A DNA stretch of 64,000 nucleotides, taken from NCBI GenBank assembly GCA_030324005.1, contig JARDVH010000146.1, positions 13,763,704 to 13,827,703 of the forward strand, written 5' to 3'. Each line of letters opens with the position of its first letter. Position 1 is the stretch's first letter. A program made the translations under genes and the position numbers. Below the pieces are notes generated by a model. It was not told where the DNA came from and did no database searches. It worked only from the letters and a program-made list of their open reading frames with translations. Origin of the DNA: Negaprion brevirostris. Taxonomy: Eukaryota. This document shows, in pieces, positions 1 to 13,589 of this stretch.

Positions 1-328
1 CTGTTAGTTTGAGCAACCAAAAGAAAAGTTAATTTATGCATGCCAGGAACATAACACTACTAATTGCAAGAACATGTATGAAACTGAACATGAGCCCATC
101 ACAGCCAAGGATTATACTCTGTGCATAATATGAAGTGTTGCACTCTGTGCTTTGTCCCATTTTGTACAATGGGTTACTGTCTGCTTAGGATTCCAATGTA
201 TGCACAACTTTCTGATGTTGCAGCCCCCAGCTAACATTCTGGCCGTTCCCAAAGAAATGTTGGGTCTAAAGTTTAGCTAGTTTAGCTAGTTTTGCTGTGG
301 AGGTTAGCAGAGCAGGAATGCTAAAAGT

Positions 329-660
329 GCGGCAAGGTAGCACAATGGTTAGCACTGCTGCTTCACAGCTCCAGGGACCTGGGTTCAGTTCCCGGCTTGG
401 GCCACTGTCTGTGTGGAGTTTGCACGTTCTTCTCGTGTCTGTGTGGGTTTCCTCCGGGTTCTCCGGTTTCCTCCCACAGTCCAAAGATGTGTGTGTTAGG
501 TTGATTGGCCATGCTAATAAACTTGCCCCTTAGTGTCCTGAGATGCATAGATTAGAGGGATTAGAGGGTAAAATATGTAGGGATATGGGGGTAGGGCCTG
601 AGTGGGATTGTGGTTGGTGCAGACTCAATGGGCGTCTTTCTGTACTGTACGGTTTCTATG
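329..660 (+). mobile_element. tRNA-derived SINE (HE1/V-SINE-like) with CR1-like tail
   Basis: A-box-like tagcacaatggttagc and B-box-like ggttcagttccc, V-domain-like gttaggttgattggccatgctaa, and tail ...ctgtacggtttctatg. Confidence 0.85.
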
Positions 661-1228
661 AATGCTAGGCGTTATTGTGGGAGCCCCAAGTTCATGTCTG
701 AAACCGAGACTGTGACTTTTTTCATTAAGGAAAGTATGAGTAGCATCTGGTGTAAATTAACAAAATGCTACAGTGACTTCCAAAAGTATCAAACTTCAGA
801 TTAAAGAGAGGGAGTAGTGAGAAGTAATATCTTTGTATGCTAAAGGGACCCTGAGATTAGATTGGAGGAATGATTGAACAAGGCCAGAGACAGCTGATAC
901 TGACAGCATTGGCACTGGCCTAGGTTCTTCAGGTCCATCTGTCCCCATAACCTGTCTTCTGAGTATGTGCTGTGTTTCTGTGTGCAAAATCACTGTGCTT
1001 CAGTGACTATTTTAGTCTTCACCCTCTGTGAGCAGGATTAACGTGTGGAGAGTTGGGTAGGGAGGAGCTGATATGTTTGAGTTTGCCATACCTCGTTCTG
1101 TCTTGTTCTGATTAAACTGTACAGGACCAGGCATTACTCCTAAGACATCTTTTCTAAAACAAAATGTACTTTAACGTACTCCTTCATATTTTAAGGTTAC
1201 ACAACAGCTTAAGTTTGACAATACATAG

Positions 1229-1392
1229 TGATGTGCGGGTTAGGTGGATTGGCCATGCTAAATTTCCCCTTAGTGACCAAAGATGTGTAGATTACGGGGA
1301 TAGGGCAGGAGTTGGATCTGGGGAAGATGTTTGACTGGAGAGTTGGTGCAGACTTAATGGGCTGAATGGCATCCTGCACCTTCAGGATTCTA
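1229..1392 (+). mobile_element. 3' half of an HE1-like SINE
   Basis: gatgtgcgggttaggtggattggccatgctaaatt...ggtgcagacttaatgggctgaatggc matches the 3' half of the copy at 329-660. Confidence 0.75.
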
Positions 1393-1689
1393 AATACAGT
1401 TCGATATAACATGGATAAGTTTTTATACCTTGGGTGTCTCCTCTCAGTGAGTGCAAACGTCAGTAGTAAACCCAACAGTGCCAACGTTTGACTGGCTGAA
1501 AAAAACAAATGTTTGATGATAAAGACCTGAAACCTAGCAACCAAGCTCATGGTCTACAGGGTTGCAGTGCTACCTGCCCTTTAGTATGCTTCAGAGACAT
1601 GGATAATCATACATCAGGCACCTTAGATCCCTGGAGAAATATCACCAACAGTGCCCCCATTAAATCAGTTCCTCCCTCTGTGATTGAAT

Positions 1690-2685
1690 CCCGGACTTCT
1701 AACCTACAGACCGCAATCTGTAAAGATAGGCAGCAACGCTTCCTCCACGATTATCCTCAACACGGTGCACCACTGGGCTGTGCCCTCAGCCCCTTCCTAT
1801 TTATGCACCTATGACTGTGTGGCCAAATTCTTCTCCAACTTGATTTTCAAGTTTGCTGATGACCACCATAGTAGGTTGAATGTCAAATAATGATGAGATG
1901 GAGTACAGGAAAATGATAGAGAATCTGGTGAACTGGTGTAACAACAATAATCTCTCCCTGAATGTAAGCAAAACAAAGGAAGCAGCCATCAATTTCTGGA
2001 AGCATAGTGGAAGATATGTCCCTATCTACATCAACGGGCATGAAGTGGAAATGGTCAAGAGCTTCAGGTTTCTAGGTGTCCAGATCACCAACAACCATTT
2101 TCGGTCCCTCCAAGCCAATACTATAGTTAAGAAAATCCTCCAATGCCTCTACTTCCTCAGGAGGCTAAGGAAATTTGGCATGCCCACTATAAATTTCACC
2201 AATATTCACAGATGCACCACAGAAAGTATCCTTTCTGGATGTATCACAGTTTGGTAATAAGCTTGGCAAGAAACTCCAAAAGATTATGAATGTAGCCCAA
2301 TCCATCAAGCAAATCAGCCTCCCATCCATTGACTCTGTCTGCACTTCCTGCTGCCTCAGATAAGCAGCAAGCATAATCAAGTACCTACACACCCCGTACG
2401 CACCCTCTTCCATCGGGAAAAAGATAAAAAATTCTGAAATCATGTACCAACTGACTCAAAACAGCTTCTTCCCTACTACCATCAGACTTTTAAATGAACC
2501 TATGTTATATTAAGTTGATCTTTCTCTACATTCCAGCTGTGACTGCAACATTACATTCTGCAACCACTCTTTTCCTTCTCCCCTATGTATTCTATGAACA
2601 GTATGCTTTGTCTATATAGGACACAGGAAACATTATTTTTCAGTGTATGCCAATACGTGTGACAATAATAAATCAAATAAATAAA
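1690..2685 (+). mobile_element. 5'-truncated non-LTR retrotransposon (Rex1/Babar-like), RT region plus 3' UTR
   Basis: Broken ORFs 1684-2257 contain KFADD, LSLNVSKTKE and LYFLRRLRKFG. Ends in aataaatcaaataaataaa. The same family occurs at 4335-4490 and 47210-49426. Confidence 0.8.
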
Positions 2686-2699
2686 TGAAGCATGACTTC

Positions 2700-4050
2700 C
2701 TACCTTAAATTCCTTCTTTTATTTTCTCAGTTACCCCTTGCTCAAATTCAACAGCCTCCTGACAGGAAATCATCATCCTGCATATTGAAAATTCGGGCTA
2801 GTTTCTCCTTGTGGTACCAGTGGAACATTGCAGGGTCCGCCTTTAATTAAACACAACCTGTTTTCAATAGGATGGACCTCAGGGTAAAATACCAAACTCT
2901 TGATGTATCAGTCATTATGTAAACACACTTGTTCAATTTCCATATCTCTCCTTCTACATCACTGGCTTCTTTGGATGGTTTTAAATAAACTTCTCTTTGA
3001 GACTTTACACACTGTAAAAGTGCAGTCTTTACATCAATCAATTTACACTCCCAGGAACATGATGCCAAAATAGCCAAGAAAATTCTCAAACTTACTTACC
3101 CTACTGTGAGTCCACCCTGACATCCTGATCCCCTAATCTCTCTTCAAAGTCTCGGGCTACTAGTTTCATTTTGGCCTTATTATGTCTGGGAGTGTCTTTT
3201 CTGCACAGGACCACCGGTGAGATAAAGATGACTATCCCCTGTCAGGTTCTTCAGTAAATACCCCAAAATTCCTTCCAACTCTCTGTTTGGCATCCTCTAT
3301 TATCTTATTGTTATTAGCAATGACTAAAATCTCTCAGTCATGAGGACTTCTTTCCAATGAGAGTCCTAGTTTGCTCTCTGGGCCTCAAACTTGTCAAACA
3401 ATGGCCCCTATTTACATTCCCGTCCCTTTCTGAACTACTACGAAATGATCCTTCTCCTGTACAAGCAAGTTTGTGACTTTTTTCTAGGGTCACAGCCACT
3501 TTCTGGTTTCGTGTCAAAACTGATGATTTGTGTTTCACAAATTTACATTTTTGTCAATCCAGAGATCTTGCCTCTTGTCCNNNNNNNNNNATCATATTTA
3601 CCGGAGGCTTTTCCTGCTCTTCTGAATATGATAGTATCCTTCCTCACACTGGTCTCTTCCAGCATGTACAGTATCTTTGTCCCTACTTTAGATAGTGCCC
3701 TTTTGAACAAATAGCATCATCCTGAGCCTCAGTATTACTTTATTCATAGTCTGTCAACCTTATGTCTGCTATCATCAGTTCTTCATAACTACCCAGTGCA
3801 TGTATATGTGAAGTGCATGGTGCCTCCTCACTTGCTATGAACAGTTCAGGACCTGCAAATGTAAAGTCAGTACCAATCAATCGCAAAGCATGTACCCGAA
3901 CAATTTGATTACAGTGTTGTACAATTACTACATTCCCATTACTCCGTCTGCTCTTTCTAGACTGCTCTTTTACAATATACCATATATCCTTATTGAAATT
4001 GTATCCTTGATGGCTCATCTTTTCTGCCTGCATGCAGGGCATTCAGATGA
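2700..4050 (-). mobile_element. Degenerate Ty1/Copia-type LTR retrotransposon internal fragment
   Basis: ORF 2847-3089 has DVKTALLQ...REVYLKP...WKLNKCVY...SRVWY, resembling Copia RT (DVKTAFL...LKKSLYGL...R.WY). ORF 3740-4042 (NVVIVQHCNQIVRVH) resembles the integrase-RT linker. Confidence 0.7.
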
Positions 4051-4334
4051 GCTGAAAAAATAGAACTAGTGCTAGTCCCATCTAGAGCCGGGGGACCATC
4101 TTATCGCATGGAAGGCAGGTTTGGATTTCTTCTGTATTCCAACTAGCCTCCAACCATTTGCAAAAAGTTCTTTGCAAGTATTGATAGGATGCAAGACTGG
4201 GCAGAGAAGTGGCAGATGGAGTTCAACCCAGATANNNNNNNNNNNNNNNNNNNNNNNNNNNNNNNNNNNNNNNNNNNNNNNNNNNNNNNNNNNNNNNNNN
4301 NNNNNNNNNNNNNNNNNNNNNNNNNNNNNNNNNN

Positions 4335-4490
4335 CTTACCTTGCATTAAGTTGATCTTTGTCAACACCCTAGCTATGACTGTAACACTACATTCTGCACC
4401 CTCTCCTTTCCTTCTCTGTGTATGGTATGCTTTGTCTTTACAGTGTGCAAGAAACAATACTGTATGCTAATACATTTGACAAATCAAATC
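4335..4490 (+). mobile_element. 3' tail of a Rex-like LINE
   Basis: Similar to 2505-2685 (taagttgatcttt...acattctgca...aaatcaaatc). Confidence 0.75.
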
Positions 4491-4494
4491 AAAA

Positions 4495-5385
4495 GGATAG
4501 CTACTCTATTATCAATGTCCTCTCACAAACCAACCTTCTCAGTACTGACGCAGTTTTATTGGCCAATCTGTTACACAGATTGGGCCACATCATCTGCAAG
4601 CCTAACATAAAACTCCCAAATTGAGCTCTGTACTCTGAATTTCATCAGGGGAGTCACTTCGTGAAAGGCAGGGGAAATGTTTCTTCAAAGATTCCCTGAA
4701 AAATTGCAACATCCTGGCCAATATGTGAGAATCTCTTCCTTGAGACCATCCAAATTGGAGAAGAAGCATCTGTGAAGGTACCATCCATTTTGAAAGTCTC
4801 AGACTGGCCCAAGTGAAGGCCATGCACATCCAGCAGAAGAGTACCAAGATCTAGGTAAAAGGGGAAGGTTCTTGATCCATTTGCTCCCAGTTAAGCAATT
4901 TTAAGACACTCATCTTTGTTTTCAAACCACACCCTTCAAATTCCTATCTTTGTTTGCAAAAGAAACCAAAGCCATTTGAGAAAAAAACATTATTAGGCAG
5001 CGAGTGTTAAGGTCTGGAATGCACAGCCTGAGTGTGTGGTGGAGACAGGTTCAATCGTGGCATTCGGAAGGGAATTAGACTGTTATCTGAAAGAAGAAGA
5101 ATGTGCAGGGTTACAGGAAGAAGGCAGGAGAATGACACTATGCTCATTTGGAGAGCAGCTGCAGCCACGATGGGCCGAATGGCCTGTGCTGTAACAATTC
5201 TGAGAGCGTATCAAAATTCAAGCATACCGAAATCCAAGTATCCCACCCACTTGCCTCATCAAAAACTACCTGCCCCACCTGTGGCAGTGTGTGCAGATCC
5301 AGCGTTGGACTTTATATTTTCCTGGAGAGCCGCGCCGCAGAGTGGAAGAAAGCCCTCTTCAGTCCTGAGGGATTGCCAAAGAAGA
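4495..5385 (+). mobile_element. RTE-clade LINE 3' fragment interrupted by a CR1 3' fragment (~4985-5200)
   Basis: RTE-like end (CPTCGSVCRSSVGL zinc-knuckle-like remnant, tail cctgagggattgccaaagaaga). The internal piece ends with the CR1-type tail gatgggccgaatggcctgtgctgtaac. Confidence 0.6.
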
Positions 5386-6029
5386 TATATAACTCTGAGG
5401 TGTCTCACTACATTTACAATTATAAATTATAATTCCAAAATACATGTCATATTTAACATTCTCTGGCACAGAAAGCCTGTGTTACAGAGCTGCCCTGCAT
5501 GAACTTTGATGAAAACTAAATCTTTGTAAAGGCATATCCCAGAAAGAGATGCACCCTGGTCTCACTTCCAAGCAGCTGCCTAAATGAATATGTACTGAAT
5601 CTGACTTGATTATCGAGGTTATGCTATTGACTCATATTTTATGTCTCTGAAAGGTAGCCATACTCTTTGTTCTAGCAGGATTAACTCTTGATTGTTTCTT
5701 GGATCTTTCAGGCTAGAGTTTTGAGAGTTTAGTCATATGCAAAGAAACGTATTGTTTGCAGAAGGATAAGAGCCTTTTTTGTCTTTTAGTGGAACGCTCT
5801 GGCATTTTTAATAATAGTTCAAGTTGGTTTCTGATTGCTATATCCTACAGACTTTGTCCAGTATATCTTAACTGGCGATATTTCCTTATCAGTATGTAAA
5901 AGGGTGTGGCATTTACCTTCCCATACAGGGGTTGGGAGAATTGTTTGTGACTAATTTTCCATTTATTGCACTGGTTGCAATGAGGAAAGATAACCCACCC
6001 CACAGGAAACAACCAACAGCTGACTTAGT

Positions 6030-6425
6030 CTTTTTAAAATTCACTTATGGCATGTGTGCATCGCTGGTTAGACCAGCATTTATTGCAAATTGTCCCTAAT
6101 TGTCCTTGAGAAATTGCTGGTGAGTTGCCGCCTTGAACCACTGCAGTCCCTGAGATATAGGTAGACCCACGGTGTTACTACAGTGAAAGTTCCAGGATTT
6201 TGACTCAGCGACAGTGAAGGAATGGTGATATATTTCCAAGTCAAGATGGTGAGTGACTTGGAGGGGGAGTTCCAGTTTGTGGTGTTCCCAGGTATCTGCT
6301 ACCCTTTTTCTTCCAAATGGTAGTGGTCATACATTTGGAAGCTACTGCTTAAGGAGCTTTGGTGAGTTCCTGCAGTGCATTTTTTTGGATGGTACACACT
6401 GCTGCCACTGTTGGTTGGCGATGAA
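6030..6425 (-). mobile_element. LINE 3' end (abundant shark L2/CR1-superclade family)
   Basis: ccagcatttattgc...cttgagaa...ccttgaaccactgcagtcc. Homologous copies lie at 8755-9430, 22505-22645, 38015-38815 (all minus) and 46965-47085 (plus). Confidence 0.7.
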
Positions 6426-7334
6426 GAAATTGAAAGATTACCAATCAATTTTAAATACTAGAAAATGCAGAAGAAATACACAGGCCCAAGCAAGTGAAGG
6501 AAGATTCATGGTTCAGCTTGAGATGATTTGTTGAAGCTGGTTTGTATTTTATTTAACTGATATGATTACAAGTTCTATGTTTTCCCTGATCTGACGCAGA
6601 TGTTACACAGTTCTCAGTCTTTTTGTTGCCACCATGATTGATGGGGAACAGCTTCTTCCATCAACGCCCTCCATTTGTTCTTGGTGTGATGTAGATTATA
6701 GGAGAGCTGTCACAGGAGAAGTTGCTGGCGCTGTGACTGTGTGTGTTTGCATGTGTGTTCTTGTGACTTCGTTGTAGATGCTAGTTTATACACCCAGCAC
6801 TGTCTCCAGGACTCAGTCCCGTTATCACATTTGCACTATCTTAATCCCTGAAGTGCTTTCAAAGATTTTTCCACCGATACGTTGGAATTTGGAGTATTCA
6901 GTGCAGAACATTTTTTTTGGAGATTCTAAATAGAGTGCATGTGGAGAATATGGTTGAAGTTTTGTAATGTGTCTAATGATGAGCTTTGGTGTAATTACTA
7001 GCTTAGAACTAAAGCAGACTTCAAATTGTATGTTTTTGTGAGAGACAGAGTTGGTCGTGGGGTAGAAATGCAGCAAATCCACACTACACATTTGCAGGGT
7101 TTGTAGCAACTCTAAGTATATCTTACTTTTGGTTGAGGAATGAAAACATTCGTTGATGGTAGGGTCTGAAGGTTTTGCTGATTTAATATATCAAATAAGC
7201 ATTCTTTATAAAATTTCCAATGAACTTCTGTTGTACCGACTTAAACAAACAAACTTGTAGCCTGGCAGTTATAATAAAGAGGGCAATAGTGAAAAGTCTT
7301 TGATTAGGATCACTAATGAACTTTGCAATGTGCT

Positions 7335-7491
7335 CAGAGTGGTGTATTCGCAGACCATCCATTGATGGACTGTTGAGTGATATACCTGCCATTGACGGAC
7401 AGTAGCGTACCTGCAGTCTATCTGTTGATGGACTGCTGAGTGGTGCACTCACAGTCGATCCATTAACAGATTGTTGTCGGTGGTGTAGCAC
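7335..7491. repeat. Degenerate minisatellite (~38 bp units)
   Basis: Recurrent gagtggtg...cag..atccattgatggactg.tgagtg, about 4 diverged units. Confidence 0.6.
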
Positions 7492-7896
7492 CTAAATTGC
7501 CTCCCCTTGACTTTTTTGTCCACATAGATGTGGATGATGGGAGCTTTAGCTTAAGTTCTGGTCCTTAGCAAATTACAGTTGTTAGGGAATTCTGAGTTGA
7601 TTTGGTTAAAGATGTGAATATTTTGCTGTTTTAAGATTTAACTCTAGGGATTTTGCTTAAATGTTTCTGCAAAGATCTGTGCAGCTGGGACTTGGATCAG
7701 AGCATTGCATTAAAATTCCTTTCTGGGAGAAAGGATGGTTTTGAATTACAGTGGAAGGTAATAGAACATTGAGGTTGAATCCACATCTGTTCCCATGGAC
7801 TCTGCTGTCCTGAAGGCAGCTCAAGTTGAATTTTCTGTCACTGCTGTCACATCTTGGTGAAATCCTGGTGTCACACTGGTGGTGAACGTTGGATTG

Positions 7897-8178
7897 AAAG
7901 AAGAAGAAAATTTGCATTTATATGGCACCTTTCACAAGCTCATGACATGGAAAATTGCTTTATGGTTAATACTTTTAAAGTATAGTCACTATTGTATTGT
8001 GGGAAAATGTGACAACAAATTTTCACATACACCAATGTGACCATCTGTTTTAGATGTTAGTTGAAGTATAACTGTTGGCTAGGATATTAGGAGAACTCTC
8101 CAGCTATTTATTATCTATCAGAGACGCAAGACAGGGCCCCAATTTAATCTCCCCTTCTAAAGACTGCACTTCTGACCA
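7897..8178 (-). mobile_element. Deu-domain SINE (SacSINE1/AmnSINE1-like), old copy
   Basis: Reverse complement of the copy at 33358-33680 (ttgcatttatatggcacctttcac...ttggctaggatattaggagaactctcc). Confidence 0.7.
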
Positions 8179-9797
8179 TTTTCCTGTTCAGAGATTTTCA
8201 GTGTGAGCCCTGAAGCGCTCTCTTGGAATGGGTGCACCTAGGTATGGTAGAATTTGGACAGGAGCCCATTGAACAGCTCCTACACTAAGACTAAAACAGG
8301 ATAGATCCTGAAGTGTTCAGAGACTTGGACCTTTTTGGAACTTTCTAGTTACATGGGGATGAGAGGGATCCAAAGTTTTTGCTATCGCTTACAAATTCAG
8401 TGGAAGCATAATGGATTGTATTTGAACCTCAGTTCTGCTAAATACAGAGAATGTCTCCAGCATTGTCCTTATGATGTTCTGCGTCATAGAGCCTCCGCTC
8501 TGTGTGAATAAGTCATACTCATTAAAGGCAATGTGTGTGCTGACAACATAGAAATTGATTTCTCCCGAGTCTCAATTAACTGTGTCACAGCCACCATAAT
8601 TGCATCCTTGGGCATAAACAATGCCATCATATCTTCTGCATCATAATTATTTCATACTCCCCACTTGTTTCAGCTATATGATGGCCATTTCCTACAAGAA
8701 CCGCTTCTTTAAAGGGGTTTTCTGATTTTCTTGGATGTTACATTTCTAATAATTCATTCTTAGGATGTGAGTGTTCCTGGGAAGGGTGGAATTTTTTGCT
8801 CTCTCATATGGTGCTGAGCCACCTCTTGAACCATCTGCAGTGAAGATACTCCCATAATGCTGTTAGGTAGAGAGTTCCATGATTTTGACACAATGATGAC
8901 AAAAGNNNNNNNNNNGTATATATGTGTATGTTGGGGTGATGTGTGACAGTGATCCGATACATTGTTCATCATTTTCATTCTGGGTGCTAGAGGTTGGGGT
9001 TTGGGAAATGCTGCTGAGAAAGCCTTAGTGTGTGAATGTTTAGACAGATGCCGGTACAGTGAATCAGTGGTAGCTGGAATGGATGTTTAAGATGGTGGAT
9101 GCCAAGCTAGCGCACTGATTTATCTTATAGGCTGTTGAGCTTTTTGATCATTGTCGCAGCAGCATCTAACCAGGCAAGTGGAGTATATTCCATTACAGTC
9201 ATATGTACCTTGGTGGTAGAGAAACCTTTGGGAGATGGATGGAGGGCAACAAGGTAAATTTTGCACCTCAAAATACCCAGTCTCTGAACTGCTGGAAGTA
9301 GCCATGTGGCTGGCCAAGTCAATGGTGATCCCCAGGATTTTGTTCATTCAGGATTTGGCAATGGTAATACCATTGAATGTCAAGGTTATTTAAGATTTCT
9401 TATTGGAAATGGGGATTGCCTGGTCACTGATCAGTTCAAGCCTATACATTGGAGGAGGGAAGATCATTGAAGCAGTTCACAGTAATTAAGCCATGGACAT
9501 TAGTGACAATTTCTCAATAAACTGACAATGCAGGAAAACTAGCATAGATTGTTATCCAGCATTTAAACATCTAAAATCATACTGGCCGTTCTGGGAAACA
9601 GCTGCCAATATTCCTACATCTGACATCAACCTTGGATCTAAATGGATAGGATCATGGGTCACTTGCTGCAATGGCCCATCACTGATCCAATAGTAGAGAG
9701 CCTAGCTTAGACCTTCCTCACATTAGTTAGACAGTGTTTATCCGAATCTGCACGTGGTATGGACAATGCAGTCATTACATTTGTTCCCTTATCTTCT

Positions 9798-10019
9798 AGT
9801 TATGTCCAAACTATGTTAAGGATCATACGTTTTAAACAGAAAGAAAAAAATTTGGTTTGGATTCAAAGTACCACATGACAGGTTTATTGAAAGAGATGTA
9901 CTCTCACTGCAGAGAACAGAAATTAAAAATAAACAGCAGCCTGCAAAATGTCCTAATGATATCATCAAATCATGTGGCTGGCTCTTAAAGCAATTATGCA
10001 ACTACTTAAGTATATGGCA
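9798..10019 (-). repeat. 3' LTR of the Gypsy element
   Basis: Homologous to 13590-13819, and preceded on the minus strand by the polypurine tract AAATGGGGAGG. Confidence 0.8.
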
Positions 10020-13000
10020 TACCTCCCCATTTACTTATGTGATCAAATTGCAAATTATTCCGATGTTATACATAAGATCAATAATACATGGTACTAATTG
10101 TTATACACAGTCTGTCAGGAGGGCATCTATTCTTTGGTTGTGTACAATGTTCTGGAAGTTAGCTGTCCTTGATCCTAAAAGTATGTTTGGAACTTCAGTA
10201 GGCATTTTTCTCTTAGAACTATTTCTTCATCATTCTCACGTGGTATATAGTGTCAACACAATCATTAGGCAACTCCGATACAACTAAGTCTTTTGTAATA
10301 GTATTCACAACACAGGGGACTAACTAAATTGGTTCTTCTAGAGATGATTCTGAGAAATCATTTTGAGATGACAACAATAGGTCAACATGGCATTGCCAAA
10401 CTAGTTCAGCTTTGGTTCGAACTACAAGAAATTGGACCTGCTTTTGCTAAAACTGTGGCCGGTACCCATTTCATGGCATAATTGTGTGGTTACGCTCAAT
10501 CTGCTTGTTGAAATGAGCATTGTTTTGCCCTCACTTCTTTCTAGCAACTTGAGATTGTTGTTGACATTCTATTATCTCTGAAGATTCTGGAGATGATAAA
10601 TCAAACTTAGTCCTCAACCTTCCCTTAAAGAGTAGTAATACAAGTGAGCTTTAGGTAGTCCCATGAGTAGTGTTCCTATAAAATGCCAAAAAGCTATTCA
10701 CATGATGTGATAAAGAGGATTTTCTCTTTTTTCAGCTGATCCATTGGTTGGTGGATGATAAGGTGCTGAATTTATATGCTGAATGCCATTTACTTTGGGA
10801 TAATCCTCAAACTCTTATGAAGTAAACTGTGAACCATTATTATTAACAATCTTTTGGTTTTCCAAATCTTGCAAAAATTTCATAAAGTTTTTCACTGATT
10901 TGTTCTGCTGTAGTGAATCTCAATTTCTGGCCGCTTTAGGTGTGCATTAATTATGGCTAAGAACATGTAACCCTCAAATGAACCAGCAAAATCTACATCC
11001 AGTCATTGCCATGGCATTTTAGGCCGCTCTCAAGGGTATAAAAGAGCTGATGAGTATTTCTTATTCATGCACAGGATTGACACTGTCCCACTTTGTCTTC
11101 AATCTAAGCATCCAGATCTGGCCACCAAAAATAACTGTGCTAATTCTTTCATCCAGAATATTCTTTATGCAGTTGTTTAAGAACTCTTCCATGCAGACTA
11201 GCAGGAGTGGTCACTTGGATTCTCTATAATAGACAGCCGCCTTGGATGGTCAACTCAAGCTTTCTTGACGCATATGGTTTCAAATCAGGAGATGTAAGGT
11301 GCATTCCAGCTAATCCTTTCAATACCGTATTCATCACCTTCCCCACCACAGGATGATTTCTGATATGCCTCTGAACTTAAGAGGTTGTTATAGGCAAGTG
11401 ACCTACTAGCAAAAAATTATGTTAGCAAAACTAGCATTATTTGCTCAATAGGTAAAGCGTGATAGTGCATCAGCATTAGCATGGAACTCCGATTGACAAT
11501 ACTTGATGTTGTAAGAGTGTGCAGATAAGATCAGTGACCATCTTTGCAATCAACTAATAGCCAATAAAGATGTGCCTTTATGCAGCCAAAAAATAGTAAA
11601 GGGTTGATGATTAATCAATAAGGTGAAATGACAACCATATAAATAATGATGAAGCCCTCATATGCCAAAAATTATACTCAGTGCTTCTTTTTCTAGCTGA
11701 GCATAGTTAGATTTAGCACGAGCCAGAGTACATGAAGCAAAAACTATTGGTTGTTCTTCTCCCGAAGACATAATATGTGAAACTACTGCCCCAACTCCAT
11801 AAGGTGAAGTGTTGCAAGCAAGCAGTAATAACTTTGGATTAAAATGAACCAATACGTCAGACTTCTGTGAAGCATCTCTGACATCCTTGTATGCTTTCTC
11901 ACAGTCTGTTGTCCAGTCCCATGACTGTTTCACACATAGTAAATTATATATTGGCTTGAACAATGTAGCAAAGTCAGCAATACGTTTTCCATAATAATTT
12001 ACATCAACTGTGTGACATTTGACTGACGTGGTGCTTCTAATCTTTATAGGCGTTTTATGTAAGCCTTTATAATCTATAACATGACCCAAATATTGGATGG
12101 ATATCTGGAAAAAGTCACACTTCTCCTTCTTGACACGCAGACCATATGCTTGAAGACGTTCCAGTGTTACTTCTAAATTATCCAAGTGCTCCTGTTCATG
12201 GGATCCTGTAATTAGGACATCATCCTTGCAACATCGTAAACCAGAGAGACCACTTAAAATCTGATCCATCGATCTTTGCAATGGGGCTGGTGTGGGTGTT
12301 GTTCCAAAAAGCAATCTTTTATCATGAAAAAGACCTTGATGAGTAATGATGGCAAGTAATGGTTGAGATTAAATGGCCTCATTCATCTGTAAAAGTGTTT
12401 GTGAAAGATCAATCTTGCAGGACTTCTACCCACCTGATAACCCAGCAAACAAATGTTTAATTGAAGGAAGCGGATATTCATTATACAACACTGGATTCAT
12501 GGTTGTTTTAAAATCACCACAAATGGGAACTGAACCATCTGGTTCATGACAGATACACTTGGGGGGGGCAGCCCAGTCACTCATTGTAACTGGCTGTAAC
12601 ACACCAGTGCTAACAAGTCGTACTAATTGTTCTTCAACCATGGGGTGAATTGCATATCGCACTGCTCTTGCTTTGAGGCTTTATGGTTGACATTAAGCTT
12701 TATCCTGAACTCCCTTTGTTGAGCCAAGAGTCTCTTCAAACACACTGTTGTATTTATCCAGAAGGTGCTGTAGGTCTGTTTTGACATTGATCAATCTGTT
12801 AACAACACTCCAGTGAAGCTTTATCTTCTCCAAGCATGATCTCCCAATAGAAAATTGCCATAGACCACGTGGAGAGGCAACTGCACTATTTGTCCGCTCA
12901 ACTCCATGTTGGCCATGGTGCACCCTTTTAATGGTATGATTTCTTCAGTGTATGTCTTAAAATCGCATTAACTGGTTTCAAAGGAAAATTCTTCAGCTTC

Positions 13001-13589
13001 TATTGGTATGTAGTATCAGAATTATGATACAGCAGCACCAGTATCAATCTCCATCCTAATAGGTTTTCCCTTACCTTCAGAATCACCCTAAGTCTATGTG
13101 ATCCACCCTGCATGGATAAGACATTCAGTTGGAACGCTTCTTCATATTTCTAGGCATTATTTGTCACGGGCATAATTTTTTTTTCATGTTGTAAATTATT
13201 TTTTAGAATGCAACTTATTCTTCTTGAAGGTACCCAGATTCTTCTGAATATTCTTCTCAACGGTCTGGACTAGCCCAACAAACTTCTGCAATGTGACCCA
13301 TTTTGCCGCAGTTCTTGAATTTCCTATCTTTGCTCCAGCATTCATTTGCTTTTTGCCTTCCACTTGATTTTACCCTTCTCTGATTTAAAAAAATACTTCT
13401 TTTAAAACACAGGGCTTTTTTCTTACTTGGCCATCCTTCACTGGCATTTTAATTTTTAATCCTGTTGTTGATTTTCCCCAGCTTTGCAATAATTTAACTG
13501 CGAGGACCCAATGTGTTTTCTACCACCTTAAAATCTTTTCTTGATGTTCTCCACAAAACAAAATCCCGCCTCGTTGCCAATTTTCTTTT

